The notes beneath the pieces are model-generated. The model did not search any database. It saw only the letters and a list, made by a program, of their open reading frames with translations, and was not told where the DNA came from. A stretch of DNA of 64,000 bases from Acidimicrobiia bacterium (GTDB taxonomy: Bacteria; Actinomycetota; Acidimicrobiia; Spongiisociales; UBA11373), in contig JAFGCH010000071.1 in the NCBI GenBank assembly GCA_016932695.1, forward strand, positions 4,099 through 68,098, written 5' to 3'. Below, one piece after another: positions 19,106-29,647 of the stretch (its first letter is position 1; each line of letters begins with the position of its first letter). A program made the translations under genes and the position numbers.

Positions 19106-20029
19106 ATGGGCCGCTACCTGATTCGCCGCCTGCTGCAGTTCATCCCGGTCTTCTTCGGGGCGACCCTCCTGATCTTCATCATGGTGTGGGCCATCCCCGG
19201 GGATCCCATCGCCGCGCTGGCCGGGGACCGGGTGTTGCCCGAGCAGGTGGTCCAGCAGATCCGGGATCGGTACAACCTGGACGACCCCCTCATCGTGCAG
19301 TACGGCAAGTACATGGGCGGGGTCTTCCAGGGTGACTTCGGCGAGGACTTCCGGGGCCGGCCGGTCACCGATCTGCTCGGCCAGCGGCTCCCCATCACCG
19401 TGCGCCTGGCCTTGCTCGCCTTCGGCTTCGAAGTGGTGCTGGGAATCATCGCCGGCATCCTGGCCGGGGTGCGCAAGGGGGGCTTCGTCGACAACCTCGT
19501 CCTGATCTCCACCCTGGTGGTCATTGCCATACCGATATTCGTGCTGGGCTTCCTCGCCCAGCTATTACTGGGAGTGAGGTTCGGCTGGTTCCCGGTGTCG
19601 GGGGTGCAGCACGGCCTGTACAGCTACCTCCTCCCCGCCATGGTGCTGGGGTCGGTGTCGCTGGCCTACATCGCTCGGCTGACCCGCACCAGCCTCATCG
19701 AGAACCTGCGCGCCGACTACGTGCGCACCGCCACCGCCAAGGGCCTGTCGCGCCGGCGGGTGGTGGGCATCCACACCTTCCGTAACTCGATGATCCCGGT
19801 GGTCACTTTCCTGGCCATCGACCTGGGATCGCTGATGGGCGGGGCCATCATCACCGAGACCATCTTCAACATCCCCGGCCTGGGCCGGGCCGTCTTCGAG
19901 GGGGTGCAGCGGCAGGAGGGCACCGTGGTGGTGGGCATCGTCACCTTCCTGGTCCTGGTGTACATGATGGCCAACCTGCTCGTCGATGTTCTGTACGCCG
20001 TGCTCGACCCGAGGATCCGCTATGAGTGA
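19106..20029 (+). CDS. dppB: Peptide ABC permease
   Basis: MGRYLIRRLLQ..IPGDP; EAA-like DYVRTATAKGL; DPRIRY. Confidence 0.93.
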   Translation: MGRYLIRRLLQFIPVFFGATLLIFIMVWAIPGDPIAALAGDRVLPEQVVQQIRDRYNLDDPLIVQYGKYMGGVFQGDFGEDFRGRPVTDLLGQRLPITVRLALLAFGFEVVLGIIAGILAGVRKGGFVDNLVLISTLVVIAIPIFVLGFLAQLLLGVRFGWFPVSGVQHGLYSYLLPAMVLGSVSLAYIARLTRTSLIENLRADYVRTATAKGLSRRRVVGIHTFRNSMIPVVTFLAIDLGSLMGGAIITETIFNIPGLGRAVFEGVQRQEGTVVVGIVTFLVLVYMMANLLVDVLYAVLDPRIRYE

Positions 20030-20963
20030 CCGCGACCGCGAGCGCTTGTTCACCAGTTCGCCGGCCCCCGTGGTCGCCTCCTTCGAGGAGCTCGAAGCCG
20101 AGCCGATCATCCGGCGAGAGGGCAGCCTGTACGCCGATGCCTGGCGCCAGTTGCGCCGGCGGCCCATGTTCATCATCTCCGGAGTCCTGATCGTCATCCT
20201 GGCGGTGATGGCCATCTGGCCGGGCCTGTTCACCCGGGCCGACCCCCGGGCCTGCAACCTGGCCGATTCCCTCCTGAGGCCGAGCAGCGAGCACTGGTTT
20301 GGCACCGATGTGCAGGGCTGCGACTACTACGCCCGCACCATCTGGGGGGCCCGGGTTTCGATCACCATCGGAGTGTTGGTCACCGCCTGCTCCACCTTGA
20401 TCGCTGTGCTGCTGGGCTCCATGGCCGGGTACTACGGAGGCTGGGTGGACACGGTGATCGCCCGCCTCACCGACATCTGGTTCGCCATCCCCACCATCCT
20501 CGGCGGCATCGTGATCCTGCGGTCGGTCTTCTCCACCCGGGGCCTGCTGCAGGTGAGTCTGGTGCTCATCGTGCTCGGCTGGCCCACCATGCTGCGCCTG
20601 GTGCGCTCGGCGGTGATGGCCACCAAGGAGATGGACTACGTCGATGCCGCCCGGGCGCTGGGGGTGCGCAACTTCCGCATCATCCGACGCCACATCCTGC
20701 CCAATGCGGTGGCGCCGGTCATCGTATACGCCACCATCACGGTGGGGGTGATCATCTCGGCCGAGGCGGCGCTCTCCTTCCTCGGTGTGGGCCTGCAGCT
20801 CCCGGCCATCTCCTGGGGCCTGATGATCAGCGTGGCTCAGAACCGCATCCTCACCGCCCCCCACCTGCTGCTCTTCCCGGGAGCCTTCCTCTCGGTGACC
20901 GTGTTCTCCTTCATCCTGATGGGCGACGCCCTGCGGGACGCCCTCGACCCGAGGTTGCGCTGA
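20022..20963 (+). CDS. dppC: Peptide ABC permease
   Basis: HWFGTDVQGCD, DYVDAARALG, HILPN, GDALRDALDPR. Confidence 0.93.
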   Translation: MSDRDRERLFTSSPAPVVASFEELEAEPIIRREGSLYADAWRQLRRRPMFIISGVLIVILAVMAIWPGLFTRADPRACNLADSLLRPSSEHWFGTDVQGCDYYARTIWGARVSITIGVLVTACSTLIAVLLGSMAGYYGGWVDTVIARLTDIWFAIPTILGGIVILRSVFSTRGLLQVSLVLIVLGWPTMLRLVRSAVMATKEMDYVDAARALGVRNFRIIRRHILPNAVAPVIVYATITVGVIISAEAALSFLGVGLQLPAISWGLMISVAQNRILTAPHLLLFPGAFLSVTVFSFILMGDALRDALDPRLR

Positions 20964-22006
20964 TGGCCACCACCCTGAGCCGAGATGCCGTCGCCGGCCG
21001 GCCCGTCGACCCGGCGGCCCCCCTGCTGGTGGTCGAAGACCTGCACGTCGAGTTCCGCATCGAAGCTGGCACGGTGCGGGCCGTCAATGGCCTCTCTTAC
21101 ACCCTGCGGCGAGGGGAGACCGTGGCCATCCTGGGGGAGTCGGGGAGCGGCAAGAGCGTGAGCGCCCAGGCGGTGATGGGCATCATCGACAGCCCGCCCG
21201 GTTTCGTGACCGGGGGCTCGGTGCGTTTTCGCGGGGTGGAGTTGCTCGACCTGTCCGAGGCGGACCGACGCCGGGTACGGGGCGACCGGATCGCCATGAT
21301 CTTCCAGGACGCCCTGACCGCCCTGAACCCGGTGTTCCCGGTCGGATGGCAGATAGCCGAGATGTTCCGCATGCACCGCGGAGTGCCCCGCAAGGAAGCC
21401 CGGGAGAAGGCCATCGAGTTGATGGAGAGGGTCAAGATCCCCTCGGCGCGCACCCGGGCCGGGTCTTACCCCCACGAGTTCTCCGGCGGCATGCGCCAGC
21501 GGGTGATGATCGCCATGGCGCTCTCTCTCGACCCCGAGATCCTCATCGCCGACGAGCCCACCACGGCCCTCGACGTCACGGTACAGGCGCAGATCATGGC
21601 CCTGCTGGCCGAATTGCAGCAGCAGACGGGCATGGGCCTCATCCTCATCACCCACGACCTGGGGGTGGTGGCCGAGGTGGCCGATCAGGTGGTGGTGATG
21701 TACGCCGGGCGGGAGGTGGAGAAGGGGCCCAGCCTGCCCGTGTACCACCGGCCGGCGCACCCCTACACCCTGGGCCTCATGGACTCTCTGCCCCGCCGCG
21801 ACGTGCATACCGAGCGGCTGCGTCCCATCAAGGGCTCGCCTCCCGACCTGCTGGCCATCCCGCCGGGCTGCCCCTTCCGGCCCCGTTGCCCGTACGCGCG
21901 CGACATCTGCGCCGCCGAGGAGCCGCCGCTGGCCGCGGTGACCTCCGAGCACGTTTCCGCTTGCCATTTCTGGGAGGAGGTGTCCCGTGAGCGCGCCGGC
22001 GCCTGA
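20963..22006 (+). CDS. dppD: Peptide ABC ATPase
   Basis: [25 protein letters not shown]-terminal Cys motif [10 protein letters not shown]. Confidence 0.93.
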   Translation: MATTLSRDAVAGRPVDPAAPLLVVEDLHVEFRIEAGTVRAVNGLSYTLRRGETVAILGESGSGKSVSAQAVMGIIDSPPGFVTGGSVRFRGVELLDLSEADRRRVRGDRIAMIFQDALTALNPVFPVGWQIAEMFRMHRGVPRKEAREKAIELMERVKIPSARTRAGSYPHEFSGGMRQRVMIAMALSLDPEILIADEPTTALDVTVQAQIMALLAELQQQTGMGLILITHDLGVVAEVADQVVVMYAGREVEKGPSLPVYHRPAHPYTLGLMDSLPRRDVHTERLRPIKGSPPDLLAIPPGCPFRPRCPYARDICAAEEPPLAAVTSEHVSACHFWEEVSRERAGA

Positions 22007-23018
22007 TCCCATTCGCCACGGCGAGGTGGTGCTCCGGGTGGAGCACCTGGTCAAGTACTTCCCTATCACCCGGGGCATCGTCTTCAAGCGCCAGATTGGC
22101 ACGGTCAAGGCGGTCGACGACGTCAGCTTCGAGTTGCACGAGGGCGAGACCCTGGGCCTGGTGGGGGAGTCGGGCTGCGGCAAGACGACCACCGCCCGCA
22201 CCATCCTCCGCCTCGAGAAGGCCACCAGCGGGCACGCCTGGTATCGGGGGCGGGACATCTTCACCCTCTCCGGGAAGGAGATGCGCGAGTTGCGGCGCGA
22301 GATCCAGGTGATCTTCCAGGACCCCTACGCCTCGCTGAACCCCCGCATGACGGTGGGTGACATCATCGGAGAGGGATGGCGGGTGCACCCAGGAGTGATG
22401 CCCAAGAACCGCCGCCGGGCTCGCATCCACGAGCTGCTGGAGCTGGTGGGCCTCAACCCGGACCACATCAACCGCTACCCCCATCAGTTCTCCGGGGGCC
22501 AGCGCCAGCGCATCGGGGTGGCCCGGGCACTGGCCCTGGAGCCCAAGATCGTCATCTGCGATGAGCCCGTGTCGGCGCTCGACGTGTCGGTGCAGGCCCA
22601 GGTGGTGAACCTGCTCGAAGACCTGCAGGATGAGCTCGGCCTGTCGTACCTGTTCATCGCCCACGACCTCTCGGTGGTGCGCCACATCTGTGATCGCATC
22701 GCGGTGATGTACCTGGGCAAGATCGCGGAGACCGGGGACGAGTATCAGGTGTACGACAACACCGCTCACCCCTACACCACGGCCCTCCTGTCGGCGGTGC
22801 CCATTCCCGACCCGGCGGCGCGCCACCTGGGCAGGCGGATCCTGCTCGAAGGCGATGTGCCCAGCCCGGCCGATCCGCTCAGCGGCTGCCGCTTCCGTAC
22901 CCGCTGCTGGAAGGCGCAAGGGGTCTGCGCGCAGACGGAGCCGGAACTGATCGACCGGGGCCAGGGCCACCCGGTGGCTTGCCACTTCGCCCAGGTGGAG
23001 TTCGACCCGGCGCGCTAG
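21987..23018 (+). CDS. dppF: Peptide ABC ATPase
   Basis: GESGCGKT, FSGGQRQR, DEPVSALD, GCRFRTRC. Confidence 0.93.
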   Translation: MSAPAPDPIRHGEVVLRVEHLVKYFPITRGIVFKRQIGTVKAVDDVSFELHEGETLGLVGESGCGKTTTARTILRLEKATSGHAWYRGRDIFTLSGKEMRELRREIQVIFQDPYASLNPRMTVGDIIGEGWRVHPGVMPKNRRRARIHELLELVGLNPDHINRYPHQFSGGQRQRIGVARALALEPKIVICDEPVSALDVSVQAQVVNLLEDLQDELGLSYLFIAHDLSVVRHICDRIAVMYLGKIAETGDEYQVYDNTAHPYTTALLSAVPIPDPAARHLGRRILLEGDVPSPADPLSGCRFRTRCWKAQGVCAQTEPELIDRGQGHPVACHFAQVEFDPAR

Positions 23019-23029
23019 GCGGGGGGCCT

Positions 23030-23521
23030 TCACCCGTGCCGGGTCATCCACAGGGCGGTGGGCCGGGACTCGGGCTCGCCCACCCGCCGCAGGTAGGCCT
23101 CCGAAAGCAGGGGCGAGGAGATCATGAAGTCGGCGGACGCCCGGTTGCAGGCCACCGGGATGTTGTAGACCACGGCGATGCGCAGCAGGGCCTTCACGTC
23201 GACATCGTGGGGATGAGGCTCGAGTGGGTCCCAGAAGAAGATGAGCAGATCGAGGTCGCCTTCGGCGATCTTCGCTCCCACCTGCTGGTCTCCTCCGAGG
23301 GGCCCGCTGCGGAACCGCGTGATCTCCAGCCCGAGCACTTCGGCGAGGAGGGCTCCGGTGGTCCCGGTGGCGCTCAGGTTGTGGCCGGCGAGGAGGTCGC
23401 GGTTGAATCTCGCCCATTCGACCAGGTCGCGCTTGCGGTTGTCGTGGGCGATCAGGGCGATGTGCTTGCAGGGGCCCATGGGCAGCCCGGTGGTGTCGGT
23501 GGTGGTGGTCTCGGTGAGCAT
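23030..23521 (-). CDS. mgsA: Methylglyoxal synthase
   Basis: [39 protein letters not shown]. Confidence 0.95.
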   Translation of the reverse strand: MLTETTTTDTTGLPMGPCKHIALIAHDNRKRDLVEWARFNRDLLAGHNLSATGTTGALLAEVLGLEITRFRSGPLGGDQQVGAKIAEGDLDLLIFFWDPLEPHPHDVDVKALLRIAVVYNIPVACNRASADFMISSPLLSEAYLRRVGEPESRPTALWMTRHG

Positions 23522-23675
23522 GGATTGCCTCCCGGACGCGTGGGATCCCCAAATGGATCTGGGGGGATGGGGGGAGGCTACGCCCGGCCCGGAGGCACTG
23601 TGGCCGCCTCATGAGAAGCGTCCTCAGGGTGGGGTGGGAGCTGCCACGGCGCCGGGTCGGTAGGCTCGGGCCGCT

Positions 23676-24677
23676 ATGACTGGCGACTGGGCCTTCCTGG
23701 CCGAACCGCCCGCCATCCCGGGTCTCGTGCTGCGTCCCTTCCGCGGCGAGGAGGACTTCCCGGCGATGCGCCGGGTGAAGCTCGCCGCCGAGTCCGCCGA
23801 CGGGGTGGATCAGCCGGTCACCCTGGAGGACTTTGCCCACGTGTACCGGCACTTGGAGAACTGCGACCCGGCCACCGACATGGTCATGGCCGAGATCGAC
23901 GGGGAGTTGGTGGCCTACGGGCGGGTGTTCTGGTGGGAGGAGTACGCCGGTGCCCGACGCTACGCCCCCTTCTGCTTCGTGGCCCCCGAAGGGCGCGACC
24001 GGGGCTTGGGCTCGGCTCTCTTGGCTCACAACGAGGGCCGGCTGCGGGCGATCGCCGTCGGGCATCCGGCGGGGGAGAAGACCCTCGAGGTAGCCCAGAA
24101 CGATGCCGAGGAGGGGGCGGCGGCCCTGTACGCCGCCGCCGGGTACCGGGCGGTGCTCCATGGGGCCGACATGGTGCGGCCCGACCTGGAAGACATCCCG
24201 GAGGCCCCGCTCCCGGCCGGCCTGGTGGTGCGCCCTCCACGGGCCGACGAACTCCGCAAGGTGTGGGAGGCGGACCAGGAGGCCTTTCGCGATCACCTGG
24301 GGGCGGCCCCGCAGGGCGAGGAGGCCTTCGCTGCCTTCCTCGACTTCCCTTACCACGATCCCTCGCTGTGGCGGGTGGCCTGGGACGGGGACGAGGTGGC
24401 CGGCCAGGTGCGCAGCTACATCAACAGAGCGGAGAACGAGGCCACCGGCCGCAAGCGGGGCTACACGGAGAACATCTCGGTTCGGCGTCCCTATCGGCGC
24501 CGCGGCCTGGCCCGGGCGCTGCTGGTGCAGAGCCTGCAGGCGGTCGAAGAGCGCGGCATGGCGGAGGCGGCCCTGGGGGTGCAGACTGAGAACGTGCACG
24601 GCGCCTTCCGCCTGTACGAGAGCGTGGGCTTCCGGGTGGTGCGCTCCTGGACCATTCGGCGCAAGCCGCTGGGGTGA
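23676..24677 (+). CDS. Tandem GNAT acetyltransferase
   Basis: Two AcCoA motifs, VAPEGRDRGLG and VRRPYRRRGLA; LYESVGF. Confidence 0.85.
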   Translation: MTGDWAFLAEPPAIPGLVLRPFRGEEDFPAMRRVKLAAESADGVDQPVTLEDFAHVYRHLENCDPATDMVMAEIDGELVAYGRVFWWEEYAGARRYAPFCFVAPEGRDRGLGSALLAHNEGRLRAIAVGHPAGEKTLEVAQNDAEEGAAALYAAAGYRAVLHGADMVRPDLEDIPEAPLPAGLVVRPPRADELRKVWEADQEAFRDHLGAAPQGEEAFAAFLDFPYHDPSLWRVAWDGDEVAGQVRSYINRAENEATGRKRGYTENISVRRPYRRRGLARALLVQSLQAVEERGMAEAALGVQTENVHGAFRLYESVGFRVVRSWTIRRKPLG

Positions 24678-24726
24678 GCCGCCTCGGGCCGGGAAGCGAG
24701 TCGGTGCCTTCGGCTACGCTGCCGGG

Positions 24727-25128
24727 ATGGCGACCACTGCTCGTACCCCCAACCCGGCCGATCGGTTCCATGAGGTGCTCGAGGCTTGCGCTCCGTACGT
24801 CGCCGGGGCCTTCGACCTCTCCGACCGGGGCGGGCCCGAGTACACCGTGGTGGTCCGGGGGCGTTCGGCCACCCACGTGCGCAAGCTGGCGCGCCGGGTG
24901 GGCGAGTTGATCGGGGTGCGTCCCGAGGGTGAGGCTCCCGACGGCAGCGAGCCCTGGCTGGTAGTCGACGGGGGCGACGTGGTGGCCCACCTGTTGACCG
25001 ACGCTTCTCTGCAGCGCTACGGCCTGGTGGAGTGGTTCGGGTCGGGGGCCGAGGCGCCGGCCGACGTGTTCGTCACGGCGATGATCGAGCGGGCGCACCT
25101 CTTGCAGCAGGGGCGCCGCTCCGCCTGA
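24727..25128 (+). CDS. Divergent ribosome silencing factor (RsfS/Iojap-like)
   Basis: YTVVVRGRSATHVRKLA...WLVVDGGDVVAHLL...RYGLVEWF resembles the RsfS core; leaderless-type TACGCT-N6-ATG. Confidence 0.7.
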   Translation: MATTARTPNPADRFHEVLEACAPYVAGAFDLSDRGGPEYTVVVRGRSATHVRKLARRVGELIGVRPEGEAPDGSEPWLVVDGGDVVAHLLTDASLQRYGLVEWFGSGAEAPADVFVTAMIERAHLLQQGRRSA

Positions 25129-25149
25129 GCCCCGGGTCGCCGGCCCGGC

Positions 25150-26166
25150 TCAGGCGTGAAGCTCGAGGACGTCGCCGTCCTCCAGCAAGTGATCGCGTCC
25201 CACTTGCACCCCCTCCGTGCCGCGGCGGTTCCATAACCGGGCATGCTTCAAGCCGCCGGCCACCTCCTTGTGAACCATGGCCGCCACGTCGTGCACCGTC
25301 TGCCCGCGGCGCACGGTGTAAGGCCGGCTGAGGTCGGCCGGGTGGTGGGGAACCTTGGTGTAGACCCGCACCACCCCCAGCTCTCGGAAGAGCCAGGGGC
25401 CTATTTCGCCCAGTCCGGCTCCGGTGGTCGCCGAGACCGCCAGCACCGGGTAGTGCAAGCCGGTCAGCTCGGTGAAGACGGCGAGTTCGCCCTCCAGGTC
25501 GGTGAGCAGGTCCGCCTTGGCAGCGATGAGAGCGGTGGGGAGGCGGATGGCGAAGGGGTCCTCGTCGTCGTGCAGGTCTGGGGGCATACCGCGGGGCCAC
25601 GAGGGCAGTAGGTGCACCCGGCGGCCCTGAAGCAGTCCGCGCAGGTGGGCGACCTGATCCACACAGGACGGGTCGGAGAGATCCACCACCAGAAAGGCCC
25701 CGTCGGCCGGCTGTAGGGCGTTGGCCATCCAGGGCACCGGATGCTCGGCGGTCACCGGGGGTAGGTCGACCAGCTGGAAGGCGACGTCCTCGAAGGGCAG
25801 CATCCCCGGCTGGGGGTACTGGGTGGTGAAAGGGTAGGGACCGACCGGGGCATGGGAGCCGGTCAGGGCATGGTGCAGGCTCGACTTGCCCGAGTTGGGG
25901 GGGCCCAGCAGAGCGATCTGCGCCGTGCCCTCCGGACGGATCACCGTCGGCGGGCCGGTGCGGGCCGCTCCCCGTCGGGCCGCCGTCAGCTCGTCGGTCA
26001 GCTCGGCGATGCGGCTCTTGATGTCGGCCTGGAGGTGATCGGTCCCCTTGTGCTTGGGGATGGTGCGCAGCATCTCCCGCAGGCACTCCAGTTTCTCCCG
26101 CGGCTCCCGGGCGGCGCGGTAGGCCGCCTCGGCGGCCTTGTACTCGGGGCTCAGGTTGGCCGGCAT
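25150..26166 (-). CDS. DRG/RBG1-type OBG-family GTPase with TGS domain
   Basis: MPANL..IPKHKGTDHL, GPPNSGKS, YPFTT, DLP, VRVYTK, VGRDHLLEDGDVLELH. Confidence 0.9.
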   Translation of the reverse strand: MPANLSPEYKAAEAAYRAAREPREKLECLREMLRTIPKHKGTDHLQADIKSRIAELTDELTAARRGAARTGPPTVIRPEGTAQIALLGPPNSGKSSLHHALTGSHAPVGPYPFTTQYPQPGMLPFEDVAFQLVDLPPVTAEHPVPWMANALQPADGAFLVVDLSDPSCVDQVAHLRGLLQGRRVHLLPSWPRGMPPDLHDDEDPFAIRLPTALIAAKADLLTDLEGELAVFTELTGLHYPVLAVSATTGAGLGEIGPWLFRELGVVRVYTKVPHHPADLSRPYTVRRGQTVHDVAAMVHKEVAGGLKHARLWNRRGTEGVQVGRDHLLEDGDVLELHA

Positions 26167-26257
26167 CGCCTTGGGGTCGGGGGCGCGGCACCCATGTTGG
26201 TCGATTCGGGCCGAGGCGGCGACACGGCGGGAGGAAAACGGGCCGGGGCGGCCCGGC

Positions 26258-27628
26258 TCAGTCGTCCGGCGAGGCGCCCACCTGCTCCAGGATCAAAGCG
26301 GGGTCGACCCCCGCCCGGTCCGGGGTGAGGTACCCGGCCACCTCGCCGGGGAGGAAGGAGCGGGGCTCGGGCCGGGCCAGCTTGCGCCCGGCAGCGTCGA
26401 CCACCAGTAGGGCAGGCACGGGGCCGTCGGCGTCGGGGGCCGGCTGGTCGACGAGCACCACCTCGCCCCGCTGCAAGCGCAGCACGGACCCCGGGGGGAA
26501 CTCCCCCATGATGTCGATGAACGCATGCACCACATCGGGGTCGTAGACGGTCCCGGCATCGGACAGCAGCACTCGCAACGCCCGAGCCGGCGACTCGGCG
26601 CGTCGATAGGACCGGCGGCTGGTGAGGGCGTCGTAGCCGTCGGCCACCGCGGTCAGACGGCTGAACAGGTGCAGGGGGTGTTGACGGCTGTACCCGTCGG
26701 TGTGCTCTGGGGGCTCCTCGAAGTACAGGAGGTTGGGATAGCCGGAACCGTCGTAGCGGGCGTGGTGCTCCAGGGCCACCACGGCTACCACCTCCTGCCC
26801 CGGCTCGGAGGCCGTCAGGATGGACTCGGCACCCACCTGAGGGTGGATCCTGATCTCGGCCCACTGCTCGGGGCTGAGCCGGCCCGGGTGCTGCAGTACC
26901 GCGGGGGAGACGCCCACTTTGCCGATGTCGTGCAGCAGCGCCCCCATGCCCAGCAGGAGCTGGTCGGCCCGGTCCAAACCGGTCATCCGCCCGATCATGA
27001 GGGTCAGGATGCAGGTGTTGACCGAATGGAAGAAGGTGTACTCGTGGTGGCTCTTCATGGTGGAGAGCAGGAGAGCGGCCGACGGGTCGTCCAGGCACAG
27101 GTCCACCAGAGAGCGCACCGCCGCCGCCGTGTCCAAGAGCGAGACCCGCTCGCGCTCCGACACCGCCAGGCTGACCGCGCGCAGCAGATCGAGGGTGGCC
27201 GTGTAGGCGACGCGGCGGCCATCCCCCGACTCCTCCAGGTCGTCGGCGGCCAGGTTGTCCTGGTTGAGGCGGACCGAACCGGCGCCGGCGGGCTCGAGAG
27301 CCTCCCCGGCCAGGGCGGCGGTGAGCCGGGAGAGGTCCGCCATAGCGACCGGGGGGAGGAAGGTCACCGACCGGAGTCCCCGATCGTGCATGGTGCGCAG
27401 GAAGCCCCCGTGGGTGAGGGACGCCATCGGCAGCAGGGTGCGGTCCAGGTAGATCGATTCGTCCAGGACGGTGAGTTGCACCGGCTGTCCTTCCGCCAGG
27501 ACGTCGGCTTCGCGGGCGGCGTCGGCGAGGGCCACGCCGGTGAGGGGGTGAGAAGACCCGTAGAGCCGGTGAAGGGTGGCGGCCCGGCGCAGGGCGGCCA
27601 GCAGGCTCCCGGTTTCGCGTTCCTTCAT
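26258..27628 (-). CDS. HD-GYP cyclic-dinucleotide phosphodiesterase
   Basis: HSVN, LHDIGK, HP, EHHARYDGSGYP, ADGYDALTSRRSYR. Confidence 0.9.
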   Translation of the reverse strand: MKERETGSLLAALRRAATLHRLYGSSHPLTGVALADAAREADVLAEGQPVQLTVLDESIYLDRTLLPMASLTHGGFLRTMHDRGLRSVTFLPPVAMADLSRLTAALAGEALEPAGAGSVRLNQDNLAADDLEESGDGRRVAYTATLDLLRAVSLAVSERERVSLLDTAAAVRSLVDLCLDDPSAALLLSTMKSHHEYTFFHSVNTCILTLMIGRMTGLDRADQLLLGMGALLHDIGKVGVSPAVLQHPGRLSPEQWAEIRIHPQVGAESILTASEPGQEVVAVVALEHHARYDGSGYPNLLYFEEPPEHTDGYSRQHPLHLFSRLTAVADGYDALTSRRSYRRAESPARALRVLLSDAGTVYDPDVVHAFIDIMGEFPPGSVLRLQRGEVVLVDQPAPDADGPVPALLVVDAAGRKLARPEPRSFLPGEVAGYLTPDRAGVDPALILEQVGASPDD

Positions 27629-29529
27629 CTCTCTCCTCCGTTCAGGGCGCACCGCGCCGCCCGGCACGTTTCCCGGACGGCGGCCGAAGCCCAAGGCCGC
27701 CGTCGCGCCAGACGACGCAGAGTGGCGTGAGCGGTGTCGCTACGAGACCGGGCCAGCACCTCGATGGCTGCCAGCCGCTGCGCCAACGGGGGGCGCGAGT
27801 CGAGGAAAGCAGCCAGCCCGGCGTCGGCCTCTCGACTCGAGGTGCGCCGCAGAATCCCGAGGGCCTGCAGGCGTAAGGCCGGCTCGGGATCTCTCAGGGC
27901 CCGCACGGCGATCGAGGCCGCCTCGTCGGGGCGGAGGGTTTCCAGGACACGTAGCGCCTCGCGCCGCACGCGCGAGTCGGAGTGGGCGCAGGCCCGGCCC
28001 AGCCCAGCCACCGCCTCGAACCGCCCCGTACCCGCCAGGATCTCGATAAGCCGAAGGACCAGCGGCCCGCGCGGGTCCCCCAGCCGACGCACCAGCGGGC
28101 CGGGCCGGAGGCGGGCGGCGGTGGTGAGGAACGCCAAGAATGCGTCGCGCCGAACCGGGTCGGCTTCGACGGTGAGACGCTCCAGCGCCTGGTCGAGAGC
28201 GAACAGAGCAACCAGGGCCACGACGGTGGCCGGCGGTTCTTCGCCCTCGGCGAGTGCCCCCAGGAGCCCGTCGAGCACATCGGGCCGCAGCGCCGCTTCC
28301 ATCTCGCGGCGAACTGCCTCCTTGCGCGGACGGGTGGAAGCGGCGGCAAGGAGCGTGCCTCCCCAGGCGCCGGCACGAGCCAGGTTGCCTTCCTCGCAGG
28401 CCCCGGCGGCCTTGAACGCCACGGTGTGGGCCAGGCGGGCGAAGCCGGCGTCGTCGGCAAGGTCCATGAGGGCGGAGGCGGCCCGTACTCCGGCGGCGAA
28501 GTTCTCCCGCGGCCCGGGTATCTGGGCCCGCAGCGCCTCGCCCACCTGGCGTCGCAGGCCGGCGCGCCCGGAACGGAGCATCTGGGAGATGCGGTCCGAG
28601 ACCAGTTGCTCCGCCGGGAGCATCTCTCCGCCGACGGCGGTCTGCCCCTCCTGTTCTGCAGCGATGCGGGCGTACTCGCGCAGCAGGGGGTGCGTACCCG
28701 GGGAGAGAAGGTGAGCTAGTTCGGCGAGGTCGTCCTGGGAGAACTGATCGAGCAGCAGGCGGAAGGGCTCTTCCTCGTGCCGGGTGAGGAACTGCTCGAA
28801 AAGACGGGTCTGCTGCTCCCGGGGCAGGGTGAAGAACGAGTCGGTGAAGCCGTGCACCAACTCCTGGAGGCCCTGGAAGTCGCCCGCCTCCAGTTTCTCG
28901 TACAGCAGGCGATACTCGTCGAGGTAACGGTGTGAGGGGTCCTGGTGGCGCGGCTCGCCGGGATCCGGGTCGCTGGAGGGGGGGACCAGCTCCTCGGTAT
29001 CGGTCAGGCCTTCCGGCGTGTCCGTGAGGCGACTGTGCTCGACGACGATGAGCCGGGTGGCGCCGGCGGCGTGAAGCTCCTCGGCCACTTCCGGAGAGTC
29101 GGCGGGAGGGCTTCCCTGGAAGGAGACGGCTTCGAACAGGCGCAAGAGGTCATCGCCGGTGGGGGGAGCAGAGAAGCCCAGCACGGCAAGGCCGCGGGCG
29201 AAGATCGCCCGGGCCAGGGCGGCGGCGCCCTGGCGGCGGGTGGCGACGGGGAGGCCGCCGTGGCGGAAGCCTCCGCTGTGTACCTCCAGCGTCCAGGGAT
29301 ATGAGGGCAAGGCGCCGAGGGTGGTCACGGCGCGGCGGAAGGCATCCTGAGTCCGGGGATCCTGGTAGACCCGGAACATAGTCCAGGCGACCGCCAGGGC
29401 ATCAACTGCCGCCGTCGCCAGGCTCTCGGCTGCTTCCGCCGGCGCGGGAGGGCCTCCCTCAGCCTCGCCGAGCTCGGGCGGGACGGGAATCGCCGGACGG
29501 CGCGTGGTGGTACCGGTGGTGTCGGGCAT
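27625..29529 (-). CDS. HEAT-repeat protein
   Basis: C-terminal repeats HSDSRVRREALRVL and DPEPALRLQALGIL; 4-bp overlap with the HD-GYP gene. Confidence 0.8.
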   Translation of the reverse strand: MPDTTGTTTRRPAIPVPPELGEAEGGPPAPAEAAESLATAAVDALAVAWTMFRVYQDPRTQDAFRRAVTTLGALPSYPWTLEVHSGGFRHGGLPVATRRQGAAALARAIFARGLAVLGFSAPPTGDDLLRLFEAVSFQGSPPADSPEVAEELHAAGATRLIVVEHSRLTDTPEGLTDTEELVPPSSDPDPGEPRHQDPSHRYLDEYRLLYEKLEAGDFQGLQELVHGFTDSFFTLPREQQTRLFEQFLTRHEEEPFRLLLDQFSQDDLAELAHLLSPGTHPLLREYARIAAEQEGQTAVGGEMLPAEQLVSDRISQMLRSGRAGLRRQVGEALRAQIPGPRENFAAGVRAASALMDLADDAGFARLAHTVAFKAAGACEEGNLARAGAWGGTLLAAASTRPRKEAVRREMEAALRPDVLDGLLGALAEGEEPPATVVALVALFALDQALERLTVEADPVRRDAFLAFLTTAARLRPGPLVRRLGDPRGPLVLRLIEILAGTGRFEAVAGLGRACAHSDSRVRREALRVLETLRPDEAASIAVRALRDPEPALRLQALGILRRTSSREADAGLAAFLDSRPPLAQRLAAIEVLARSRSDTAHATLRRLARRRPWASAAVRETCRAARCALNGGER

Positions 29530-29647
29530 GCCTTCGCGGGGGTGGACTGGATATCTGCATCGGCGCCACGGCGGCCTAGGTTGAGCGCGGCCCGCCCTGC
29601 TCCGTGGTGGCCCCGGCCGGGCCGGTCCGTGGCGGGTTGCGGCGCCC

